This document shows, one piece after another, positions 12,453 to 24,368 of a stretch of DNA of 64,000 bases (position 1 is the stretch's first letter; the number at the start of each line of letters is the position of its first letter). The stretch is from Geosiphon pyriformis uo1 (Eukaryota; Fungi; Glomeromycota). The notes beneath the pieces are model-generated. The model saw nothing but the letters and a program-made list of their open reading frames with translations. It searched no databases and was not told where the DNA came from. The DNA is taken from positions 1,619,538-1,683,537 of the forward strand of contig JAAOMT010000128.1 in assembly GCA_016748015.1 (NCBI GenBank), written 5' to 3'. The translations under genes and the position numbers were made by a program.

Positions 12453-15400
12453 ATGAGTAATAAAATCTAGAAAGTTGTCACTTGCAATGTTAGAGGAATG
12501 AACAATCCTGCAAAGCAGAGAGATATAATTTATTGGCATAAGGAAATGAACAATTTGGTTTTTATTATTACTGAGACTAAATTAAAAGATAAGGTCTGTC
12601 CATGGATTATAAACAAGTTTGATAGTGTTCGTGTTTTTACTTCTGGTATGGACTCTGGTTACTTGGGTTCAGGCATTGCTATTATTATGAACAATTTTTT
12701 GGCTAGTCACATGTGTAAAGTTTCTGAGGTGTCTGGTTGGATCCTTTTTGTCAAGTTGCTTTTTAAGAATAAGCTTTCTGTGATGATTTTGGGGCTGTAT
12801 GCTGGTGCTTCTTTGGTGGTTTGGTTCTCTCAGGCTGGTAACATCAATTCTCTTATTGCAAAGGCTGTAAATGAGTCTTTTTTTGTGATTCTTGGTGGTG
12901 ATTTTAATGAGGATAATTCTCATAAGTGCACTAGTTTCAGAAAGTGCTTTGATTTGAGTCTGGTCAATGCTTTGGCCAGAAGCTCATTTGATAAGATACT
13001 GACATGGTACAATTTTTGTAGTGTTGCTAAAACTATTGATTATATGTTTATTTCTTTAAATTTGGTCAATGCAATAGTTGATCACAATGTGGCTAGTGTT
13101 AAGGATTATTTTAATACCAATTATATGGCCATTTTTGTTTCTGTGAGTCTGAGTGGTTTGCTGAATGCTCAGCTGTTCTTGTTGCACAAGCAAGCAAACA
13201 GAAATTATTGGAAGTTTGACATCAAAAATGCCAATGAAAAGAAGTGATGCAAATTTAGAAATGTTACAGCTGCTAATGCTGCTATGTTTTCAGATGCATT
13301 TGTGGAGGCTAAGAGGTTTTCAGATCCAGATGCAATGTGGAATGTTGTTCGCAAGGTCATGATTTTTTCAGCCAATGGAACATTCAGAAAGAAATGGTTT
13401 AAAGATTATAACAGTGTTTTTACCAAAAAATTTTTTAGGTTTTATAAGCTGGAGTTGCTGGTGTTCAGGCTGGTTAAGACTTCTTGTTTGGTTTCAAATG
13501 TGGATTTCGCTTTACTGCTGAATACATGGAACAGACTTGACTCTAAAAGTGCAGCAGAAGTGAGATCTTTTTTTTTTCAGGATCTTGATTTTGGTGCTAT
13601 TTACTTTGGACTGGTGAAAGCAAGAAAGTCTTACTGTTCTTTAAAATTGCTGAAATTCAAGTGCATTGAGGAATCTTACATCAAGCAGGCCATTACCAGT
13701 AGAATGAAGAGTTTTAAATTAGAAAAGGGTCATATCATCAAAAGTGTGTTGGAGTGTTTTTTTTACAAAATGGTGTTGAATTATTTAATTGTAGGTGATG
13801 AGTTGGTCTTAGAGCCTGACTTGGTTAAGTCTAGGGTAAATGAGATTATGGAAAAGTGAACTAGAAAACATGGGGTGGTGTCTAATATCTCTGATGATTG
13901 AATTCACCAATATCAACTTTTGAATTATGTTTTTGATGGTGCATTTTCTGATGTAATGTGTTTGATTGGTTTTGATGAAATGTTTGCTGCAGTCTCGAAT
14001 CTGCCTAATGGAAAAGCAGCTGGTCTCTCTGGCATCTCTAATGAATTATAGAAACACTGTAACAAATCAGTTTTGGATATGCTATTGGTGCTCTTGAATC
14101 TGTATCTGACTTGTAAATCAGTACCTGGACCTTGGAAGAAAGCTTGGGTTTTAATAATTTTTAAGCCATATGAATAAAAAGGTGTTCTTACAAATATCTG
14201 TCCTATTGCTTTGATTGAAATGGCTCACAAAATCCTCTTTAAGATTCTTTTGGATAGGATTTCTTCAGCTTGCAGCACTCATAAGATTTTGCGTGAGAAC
14301 AATTTCTTTGTTTTAAAAAGTATGATAATGCAATTGCCTATTTTTGCCATCAGCTCAGTAGTTGAAGATGCTTTGGAAAAGAACCATGAACTGTGGCTGG
14401 TTTTGCAAGACATATGTAAAGCTTATGACTCTATTGGTTGGGTACATCTCAAGAGAAGTTTGGTTAGAATCAAAATGTATAACAGGTTTATTAGATTTTT
14501 TAGTAGCATTTACAATAACCATGTTAACAGAGTGATGATAGACTTTGAATTGACTAATAGGTACTGTTGTTACCAGACAAAATTAGAGATATTATTTAGC
14601 ATGAAATTATCTTTACAATTCCTATCATTAATTAACATATATTATTGTTTCAAATTATCACTTAGTATATTAGCAAAATGTCCAAAATTATTATTTAATT
14701 AATAACCTAATTTGTACATAACACAAATGTAACCTAATTGCGATGATCAATCATGCAATATCCCGAACTATATAACATTCAAAAGTTCACTGAAATTTAT
14801 AGAAATTCACCAAAATAATTGATAGTTCACCGAAATATCTAATAGTTCGCAGAAATAACTTGTAGTTTGCCAAAATGTATTTTTAGTTCAGCGAAATTGT
14901 AGAAAATAGCAAAGTTCAAGTTTATAGAATAGTGTTATGACAAGTTGTATAAAAGAAAAGCTTTTCTTTTTGAAAAAATATATCTTACTTTAGATTTATC
15001 ACTTAGAACCATTCCTATACACACAAAAAAGAAATAAATATTAAATAATTTGAAAAACCAAATTTTTTAAATTATTGCACTTGGAAAATCCTCAAAAACA
15101 CAACTAACAGTTTGAAATTGATTAGTTACCAATTTCAGTAGACTGTTAAAACACTTCCAGGCCTGGATCCAAAATGACTTTAACAAATCAATTCCTCATT
15201 TCTTCTTTTTCTTTCCTTTTCTTTTATTTTCTTTTCTTTTATTATCATAATCATTAGGGTAGCCTACAGACGAGATTCCTGTAGAAGAGTTGACTTTTAC
15301 AGTAAAAGTAACTATACACAATTTAGTGAGCTTCCAGACAAGCAATTCCTGGGAAAGAGTTGACGTTTACTACAATGTAACTATACAAAGTAACTGGCAC

Positions 15401-18136
15401 AGAATTGGCCATTCCACTCATAAGCCCAGCAAGTTCAAATTATAGGAGATAATTTGAAGATAAATTCAGTTACTGAAGGTTTAACCACATCCAGAAAATA
15501 TGAATTCACAGCAAACAAGCATCGACAACATTTAAGAAAAGAGACCAAAAAACCTCCGATAACACCATGTTTATGATGGGTTGGACCAAGGAGAAGTTTT
15601 TTTGTCTTTCTTTTGGCACATATTCTATGATTCACTTCTATGTGAGGTCAAAAAACAGGAGAATGTATATGATTACAGGTTGAATTCTTATTTCATCTTC
15701 AAGTCTAGTCAAGTGGAATCTCAGGCTGGATTGACTTCATTTTTCGCTGCTAGTGCTTTTGTTGACAATACAATTTGGGTTGATAATAGTTAGATTACTA
15801 CACAATACATCCTCAATGTTGCTAGTGAATTCTTCAGTTATAATGACATTTTCATAAATAATGACAAGACTGTGGCCATCTCTATTAACTGCCAGATTTC
15901 AGACCCTTATCTGACTGTCAATGGTTTATCTATTTCTGTTACAAAAAAGGAGAACCTTATTATTATTTGGGTATTTTCTTGTCTTCCGAGAGTCTTTCAA
16001 AACCTAACTTGGCTAAAGCACATTAAGATGTTCATTTTTTTGTCAATTTTGTCTTAAGAAAGATGATCTCGGATAAACAGTTTGCATATTTGGTCTTAGC
16101 AGTTTTTTTTCCTATTATCAGTTATAGGACTCAATTCAGTTTTGTTCCTATTAGTGTTTATAATAAATAGGATGCTCTGGTTTGCAAAGACTTGAAGTCT
16201 AAATCTGGTCTTTCACTCAATTTCCCCAATGATGCAATTCATCATTCTTCTTTGTATAGTTTAAAAACTTTTGAACAAATTCAGACTGAGAGCAAATTGG
16301 CATCTCTTGTTTCCTTTGCAAATTCGCTAGGTATTTTGGGTTGGTTATTTTCTCACAGATTTTATGATCTCCAGATTCTTAGCTGGTGTTCTCAATACTC
16401 TCTATAATTTCCAGCTCAAATTAGAGTCAACTTCTCAAACAATTTTCTGGTAGATATGGTCTGCATTTTTTCTAGATATAATTTGTTCTTAGGTGGATTT
16501 CTAACCAGTGCATTTCATTTTTGGGGTGATATTTTTATGTCTCTTGTACTTGGCAATCATAATTATTATAAGTATGTCTTCTCCTTTCAGTGTTATGGGG
16601 TTGCCTTTGTGGACCAGCTGTGTGATAAACATGGCACTGTTGTTAGTTGGACAACCTTTAAGTAGTGAAAATAGTTGGACTCTTATGGCTCTGTTCTTAT
16701 CTGATTCGAGCTTTTTGTTTGTTTTTTTGGAGGTGAGGTTTCTCCTTCTGTTTGTCCTCCATCTTTGGATGGTTTCTTTTCTTTTGATATTCTTTAATCT
16801 CATGATTTTGATATTGTTGGAGTTAATTTGTTGCATGTTGATACTGCTTGTCTTCTTGTGTACATGAATAGATCTCTGAGTGGTCTGGAAACTTCTGGTA
16901 TGATGATGCTGTTGTTTTCTTTGAGGATGTTGGTCTGGGTATAGGTGTAAGAATCTCTGGTTTGGTTTCTTCTATGATGATAGAGTTGCAGATTATTGCT
17001 CTGGCTCTTAAGTGTATTTCTTCTTCTTGCTCTGTTAACTTGTTTTCAAACAGCCAGACTGCTTTGGATGCTTGCAAGGCAGAGTCTATGCTAACTCATC
17101 TGGATTTCAGGAATCGTGTTGGATTGAGCATTGCCATATTTCTAATGTCATTTGTCAAAAAAATTTGGATGTTAATTGGATCAAAGTTAAAGGACACTCT
17201 GGTGTCTCTGGTAATAAGTATGCTGATGCTCTTGCCAGGGCTGCCATCTTTTCTAATTGGCACTTACCTCACATGATCAAGGAACACTTTTTTAGAGCTG
17301 GAGGCATAACTGTTTCTGGTAATTTTAGGCATTTTGTTCATTATATTTTCTGATCTATTAACTGTGCATGTTGGAAGATTGGTTCTGGTTCCTGGGTCAT
17401 GGTAGACAGCCTGCATGCTAATATTGATTGGTCCAAATCTTTGTTAGTATGGCACCCTAATTTTCACTTGACTGCAGGTTTTACCAGTGTGCGCACTGTC
17501 GGCTTGCAGTCATATTTTATGAAAACATTATATTATTGCCTTCCTGTTGCAGTGTACAAATAACTCTATAATAGGTGTTACCTTGGTGTGATTTGGTTGT
17601 TTTGTGGTGATGTTGAGATTTTGAACCACGTTTTTTCTTGCTCTTTTGATATTGCTGGTTGTTTTTGGCTGGTAGAAAATCATGCATCTGTTTAAGAGAC
17701 ACAATTGGGTTTATCTTGCTATTTCTCTTGTGTTTTGCAGTTGTTGTTTACTTGTGTTTCTGATGTTGTTGTTGGTACAGCTTTGTGTAAAGGCTTTGTT
17801 TTTAATAAGTGGTATTAAAAGTCTTTTTTTGTTTTCAAGAACCCTAAAGTTGTGACTCAGAACATTGTGTCCTTTGTGCACAAATTTTGTCTTGCATTTA
17901 GAGATAATATCTGGCTGGTGTGAATCAAATACCAAGCTGTTATGAAAAAAAGTGGTCTGATCTTGCGTGATAGTTCCATATCTGTTTCAATTTCTGATCT
18001 TTCTGTGGTGCTCTCAGCTGGAGTGGTTAGGTTATTGAGTATTGTTGATGCATTTAGTGTTAGTTTCAGATTTCGTAAGTCTTGTTTGTTTTTTCTGAAT
18101 ACTGGGGACATGTTATCTGTTTATATAGGTGTCTAA
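12453..18136 (+). pseudogene. LINE ORF2: APE endonuclease, reverse transcriptase, RNase H, C-terminal zinc finger
   Basis: APE motifs TCNVRGMN, ITETKL, ILGGDFN, TIDYMF. RT motifs LQDICKAYDS, GLDQGEV, AFVDNT (DD decayed). RNase H motifs VYMNRSL (YTDGS-like), ELQIIALAL, FSNSQ, WIKVKGHSGVSGNKYADALA. Terminal xLFCGDVEILNHVFSC. Many premature stops. Confidence 0.9.
14568..15564 (+). mobile_element. Solo LTR of family A inserted in the LINE RT domain
   Basis: 997 bp, TGTTACCAGA...CCGATAACA, colinear with LTRs at 34399 and 44261. Flanks CTGT / CCAT both derive from CCGT; excision restores YRVYDGLDQGE. Confidence 0.95.
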
Positions 18137-19195
18137 TGTTGTCTTGATTGGCTTGAGTGGCTGGTTATATGTAGCAAATACATGACTTGCATCTAGTTTA
18201 AATTATTAATGTAATGTATAGTACTAGGTCATATTTAGACTTCACTCATTAAATGTTAAAAAAAAATAATAATAATAATATTTTGCTAACTTATATATAT
18301 TATTACTTATATAAAAAAAATATAAAAAAATAATAATAGTATAAATAGTCAATAACAAAGTAGATTATTAAATCATATAATATTAAAAATTTCAGAAATT
18401 TTAATATAAATTTTAGAAATTTTAAGAATTATAGAAATACTAACAGAAATATTAGAAATTTTAAAAATATCAAAAATTTTAATAATAACTTAAAAAAATT
18501 ATAGAAATTTTAAAAATCTTATATTATAAAGATATATATATATATAATAAAAATAATAAAAACCAAAAAAGTATTAAAAAAAAACAAACCAGCTTATTTA
18601 AAATCAGTTTAATTATTTTTATTTCAAATAAAATTACAAATTAAATAAACTATCTATTAAATTTATATTACTTATTTATAAATAAATTCAAAACTATTTT
18701 ATTAAAACTTATATTATTATGAGTTGGAGTAACAAGCTAATAAATAGCAAAAAAAAACAAAATTGTAAAATAATAAAAATAATCAAAGAAAAAATTACAA
18801 TAAGAGAGCAAATTAAATGAGTAAAGATTCAATGTGTATAATTAGTCTTATAAAAATCACAGTTACAAATCTTTTTTAAAAATCTGAAAATAGAAGAATA
18901 GTTTATAATTGTTAACAAAATAACACTAATGTTATTATTTTATGCTTCAACTTGGCAATTTTTAGAATCAATAACAGATATTATTATGTTTTTTAATTAT
19001 TTTTTTATTCAATAAATTACAAAAGCAAGCAATTACTTCTTAAGCTAATTCTAATAATACAAATCAAAAAGAGAAAAAAAATAAGGTATGTGAATGCTAA
19101 CAAGTAATCTTTTATTCTAAGATATTCAAATACTTAAAAGTAAAGAAAAGAAAATAACCAATATAAGAAGAAGTAATTGATAGTGGGTTTTATTT

Positions 19196-19919
19196 TGTTA
19201 CTTTGATCATGTTTTTCTACAGCTAAGAGACTCATCACTTATATAGCTATTGAAAGTGGTCAATGATTAGGTCAATAACTAAGTCAATAATCAGGTTAAT
19301 AATTAGATCAATAATCAGATCATTGATCAAATTAATAATTAGGTTAATAATCAAGTCAACAGTCAGGTTATTGATTAGATCAATGATTATTATTTAAAAA
19401 TAGGATGGCTAATTATATGATATTAATGGCTAATATATGTGATAACTAATAAAAAATATGGGTTTTAACCATAACAATATTATTATTATATTAATACTAA
19501 TAGCATTTATTATAATTACTTAACAATATTAAAACAATAGCTTTTAATTATAGCTATTAATGAAATACTAATTATTACTTTATTATTTTATTATTGTAAT
19601 TATTTTGAGTTATTAACTAATTATAAAAAAAGTGTTAAAATTATAACGTCAAAGATTGTTTAATAAAAAACACCAGAAAAAAGTATAAACATGATTAAAA
19701 ATTAAAATTACTTATTAAAAAAATGTAAACATTAAAATAAACTAATTACTAAATTAAAAAAATTTCAAATTTATTATTAACTATTAACTATTAAATATCT
19801 GTTTATTATACAAAAAATTTTAATTCAAAATTCTCAAAAACTTTCAAAGTATATTAAATCTAATCTAAGTATTAAGTTATAAACATATTAAAACCTATTT
19901 AAAAAATTTATTCATAATA
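19196..19919 (+). repeat. Probable 5' LTR of element E, with ~12-bp tandem array (GATCAATRATCA-like, ~19258-19390)
   Basis: TGTTAC at 19196; decayed CATAATA end directly before the PBS. No partner LTR in the window to confirm. Confidence 0.45.
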
Positions 19920-22232
19920 TTTGGTGTTTTTTGTAAAGTATAATTTACAAAAAACAAAGTACCAATTAAATAACAATTAGTAAAAATAATAGAATTAAGT
20001 TTTATAAAAAATAATTATCTGAAATTTGTAAAATTATTATATAAACATTTTCAAAAAAATTTAAAATTAAATTCTTATTATTATTTAGTTAAATTTATAT
20101 TGAATTTCTATATTAACAAAAGATTTTAATAAAATATAAGAGAAACAATCAACATAAAAATTACAAAAGCTAATTTTACAAGATTATTAGAAAACACTTT
20201 AATTATTATTAATTATATAACTTTGTAACTATTTTGGCAATCTATAAATATATTAAAAAAAATTTCCATTTATTACAAGAAATTTACAATTTAGTCTAAC
20301 TATATAAACACTAATTATAATATCTAAAAAAATAGTTTTACTATTATAAAAAAAAATCTAAATTGATTTATCAATAGAATTATTATATTATTATATACTT
20401 AGCAATACTATTTAGATTTTATTAAAAACTGTATCTATATCTATATCAAAACTAAAACTTATTTTTCAAAATTATTCTAAAAATAATTATTTATTAGAAA
20501 AATACAAAGAATTTTTGAAAAATTTTAATTACAATTAGCTATATTTATTTTATTATAATTATTATTACCAAAACCCAATTTTTACTATAATTATTATTAA
20601 AAAAAGACGAAATTAGAGAAAAAAAATTAAAAAACAAAAAAAAACATAATTTTAAATTTGATTGTATTTTAAACTTTAGTAATTTAAACTTTAAAAATTA
20701 ATTAAATTTTAATAAATCCAATTATACAAGAAAATTTATTATTAGTACTACCAGTTTATTTAATATATTTACTCTAATTGCCAAGTTAAAAAAATTTACT
20801 AACAAAAAAAATAATATTTAAGTATGATTAAACAATATCAAAAAAGCTATTGTTATTAATAATTGAAATATTATTAGTCTTGTAAGCAATTTTATGTTTT
20901 TTTTAAAATATAATTAAATCTTAATATTAAAGTCTTATTATGAAACTAATATTATTTAATAATTATAAAATTGTGTTTTTACAGAATTTTAGCAATTACA
21001 ATAGTATTATCTGATTATAGTAATAGCAATTAAAAAATCAATATTAAAACTTTGATCCAAAAATCCAAATCCTAAACTATAAATTTAAAATTTAATAAAA
21101 ACAATATTTATTATTAAAATATTATATATTAATATTTCAACAATAACTACAATTATAACTAATATATATATTTTATTTTTAGTTATAATCTATTATTGCT
21201 TATTAACTCTTAAATTGGAAATTAGTATTACAATCATAACACCAAATTCTATTTTCAGCTCAAATTCAAAACTCAAAACCAAAAATTATTTAACAAAACT
21301 AAAAATTAGCAATAATAACATATTAATTAATTTCTAATATTGTCAATTCACAAGTTAAAATTTAAATCCAAAATTTAAAAAATATTCAACTATCTTTTTT
21401 GAATTTCCAGAACTATTTAAGTTTTTTTGCTATAATTAAAACAATTATGTTAACTAATAATTTCCAAAATCACAACATAATTTTATTTATAGCTATTATT
21501 AAAAACAACATACTTACTGTTATCTTTTTATTTAAATTGAAAAAAAAGCTGTTATTTAATAAAGCAGCCCTAAACTCAATATAATTTATTATTATCATAT
21601 ATATAGATATTAAAGTTAATAATCAATCTATTAAGTTTATTTTTATTAGTAGTTTAATAAATAATATTATTATATAATAATTTATAAATCAATTAGATTA
21701 TTAAGTTAATTAAACTATCAATATATGTATTATTACAACTAATAAAATTACAAAAATCTCAATTGGCAAAATTGATAACTTTTTATTTAAAATCAATAAT
21801 ATTATAATATTAATCAAGATTCTTATTATGAAAGCTACATAATATTAAGTTCTTATTATTAATAATTAGTTGTCTAAAACCAATACAATATTTAACTAAA
21901 ACACTTAAAAACTTTAATTAAGCTATTAAAAACACTATATAAAAATATCAACAACATATAAATATTTCAAAACAACTAATAAAACATTACTTATTGAGTT
22001 AAAAAAAGAAGAAAAAAAGCTTATCTTAAAAATATACCAAGTTTTCTAAACTAATAACTTAAAAAAAAAAGCAAAGAAATTATAAGTTACTATATTTACT
22101 TATATATTAATTTACTAAAAAAAACAATACAACTATATTACAAAAACCATATAGCAGTCATAAAAACTCACACTATTATAAACTAAAACTAATTTATATT
22201 AACTATAAGAAAAATTTTTTATTAATAAGTAC

Positions 22233-23172
22233 TGTTATAAGTTAATTTAATAAGATATAATTATAATATTTGGCACTTGTAATTTAAATGCTAAAAACAA
22301 TATAAAGATCAAATAAATTGGTTTTGATTATATTGTAAATTATTAATATCTAAAAAATTTTTTGTTTAAAGTTCTATCTATTAAGTTTTTTTGTTATAAA
22401 ATACAGAAACATTGTTTTTTTAATTAGATTACTATAGTTGTATTTTTTTTGAATTAATAAGTATAAGTATTAGAATCTAGTATTGTTTTTTTGATTTTTT
22501 GATAAGCTAATAAGATAAAATTAATATTTAAATCTAAAAAAAGCTTTTTTTTTATCAGATTATCATAAAATCTATTTTCAAATAATTAATTTTTAATGTT
22601 ATTATTTCATAAAAAAAAATTAGTATTTTATTAATTATTATAATTAAAAATAATTGGTTTAAATTATTAAAATTTTGAAACTATTTATGCTAATAGTATC
22701 TAGTCTAAAACAAAAATAAAAAAACAATTAATTTAATTTTGGCAATTAGAATATTGGAATTAGATACTTGTAAATTGAATAATAAGATTTTATTAAATTG
22801 ATTAAAGAATATATAAAATAAAAATAAAAATAAGATATTAGAAAGAAATTGATTCTTGTTTATTTTATTTTTTTTCTATTTACTAAAACTATTCTTTTTA
22901 TACATATTTTTTAATTTTATAGAATTGCTTTTAATTGCTTATTATTGTTGGTTATTGCTTATTATTTTAGTTATTGCTTTATTTTTTTCCATTATAATTA
23001 GTTATTTTATGTTATTATTAGTTATTTTGTGCTATTTTAAATTATTTTGCATTATTTTAAGTTAATTTGTATTATTTTGTTTTATTTTATGCTATTATAT
23101 TTTTTTTATATTATTATATAATAATTATATTCTTTTAATAATTTCAGATTGGTTTTTTTTATTTAGATAATA
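22233..23172 (-). repeat. 3' LTR of element D
   Basis: Aligns along its length with 61304-62270; adjacent to a minus-strand PPT. Confidence 0.85.
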
Positions 23173-23517
23173 TTATTTTTCTCTTTTAAAATTGAGTTCC
23201 TGTAAAATTATCTGTATTTTTAAAAATTGTTCTTTTAGTAAAATATTCAATTTTTATGTTAAATATTGTTTTTTGTAAGTTTTTAAACTAAAAATTTGTT
23301 ATTTATCCAATATTATTAACTGTAATAATCTTTAATAAATTGTTTAATTATATAATTAAATAGTATTTAAATGTTAAGTATAATTAATATGTTGTCTTAT
23401 AGTATAGTATTAAATTGTTTTTTCCAACAAATTTTTTTACTTGTTTAAAAGCTTTTCTGTAAAATATTTATTTGTTGTTATCTATGTATAATGTTTATAG
23501 ATTTAGTCTTTTGTCAA

Positions 23518-24304
23518 TATTACTTATAGAAAAAAATACATAAAAAAAATAAAAAAACAGATCATAAAATAGACCAATAAGAAAATAATATTTAATAAAT
23601 AAACACATTTTTAGAAAGTAGTATAAAAAAAAGTAAAAATGTGTAAGATTTTGTATAATATAAATTATATATATAGTAAAAGTATTAAAAGCAAAAAAAA
23701 CAGAACAGAAGCTAAAAACAAGTAATTATCTAATACTTTTCTCTTCAAAAGATAGTTTTCCTATAATTTAAAATAGAATTATATTTATATTAATAAAATA
23801 TTCAATTATTATCCAATCTATGTTATTATTACTTGATTAAAAATTTTCATTACTTTCTTATTATTAACAATTTATGTTGATAATATCCAATACTTAACCA
23901 CATTAAACCAATAATTTTTGATTATAGCTATTAATAAAATATTAATTCTTTACTTTTTTTCTTATTTTTATTTTATTTTATTTTTTTTGTTGTTACTAAT
24001 TAATTTAGAAATTAAGTATTAAGTAATTAATATCAAAAATAGTCTGGTAAAAAATCTGTAAAACAAAAGTAGAAAACTTAAAGATAGCTTATCAGAAGGG
24101 CATAACTGTCAAATTAAATTGGCTACTATGCTAAAAACAGAAATTGGGAAGAAACTATTAATTAAATTTTTGTTTATTATACAAAAAACTTAATAAACTC
24201 TTTAGATTACAAAAATCTTTAAAAATTATTATTAGCAATAGCTATTAAGCACCAAGTTATAAGTTTGTTATTTGTTCCAACATTCCAAATAATCATCTAT
24301 AATA
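23518..24304 (+). repeat. 5' LTR of element C
   Basis: TATTACTTAT...TATAATA (decayed TGTTACTCAT...TGTAACA); matches 32427-33192 plus 54185-54237. Confidence 0.85.
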
Positions 24305-24368
24305 TTTGGTATTCTTTATGAGATATAATCTAACAGAAAACCAATACTAGTAACAATTATCTGTAAAA

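Larger units (their letters stand above)
9820..12456 (+). pseudogene. LINE ORF1 (RRM-like region plus CCHC zinc knuckle), interrupted at 10151-10958
   Basis: RRM-like AVMLKEIPIG...SQFGIIKSIKMQLVGLWQKAVVEF; knuckle CAKYEKLGHISLSC (second Cys decayed to Tyr). Removing the insert restores KVKTKKTLGK. Start approximate. Confidence 0.7.
9721..18280 (+). mobile_element. Near full-length non-LTR retrotransposon (LINE) with RNase H, degenerate, carrying two LTR insertions
   Basis: Two consecutive ORF remnants (ORF1; APE-RT-RNH-ZnF ORF2), a short 3' UTR, and an A-run followed by (TAA)n at ~18259-18280. The 5' boundary is approximate (composition shift at ~9721); no TSD identified. Confidence 0.85.

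Noticed and set aside
9700-18290. Target-site duplication for the LINE
   Set aside because: Both flanks are AT-rich low-complexity sequence and no specific direct repeat could be distinguished.
18281-19195. Possible additional LTR (TATTACTTAT at 18301, AGAAATTTT repeats) or DNA-transposon fragment
   Set aside because: Too eroded; no partner terminus, TSD or convincing protein motif.
19258-19390. Short repeat array superficially like a CRISPR array or satellite
   Set aside because: No unique spacers and a eukaryotic context; it is a tandem array inside a probable LTR.
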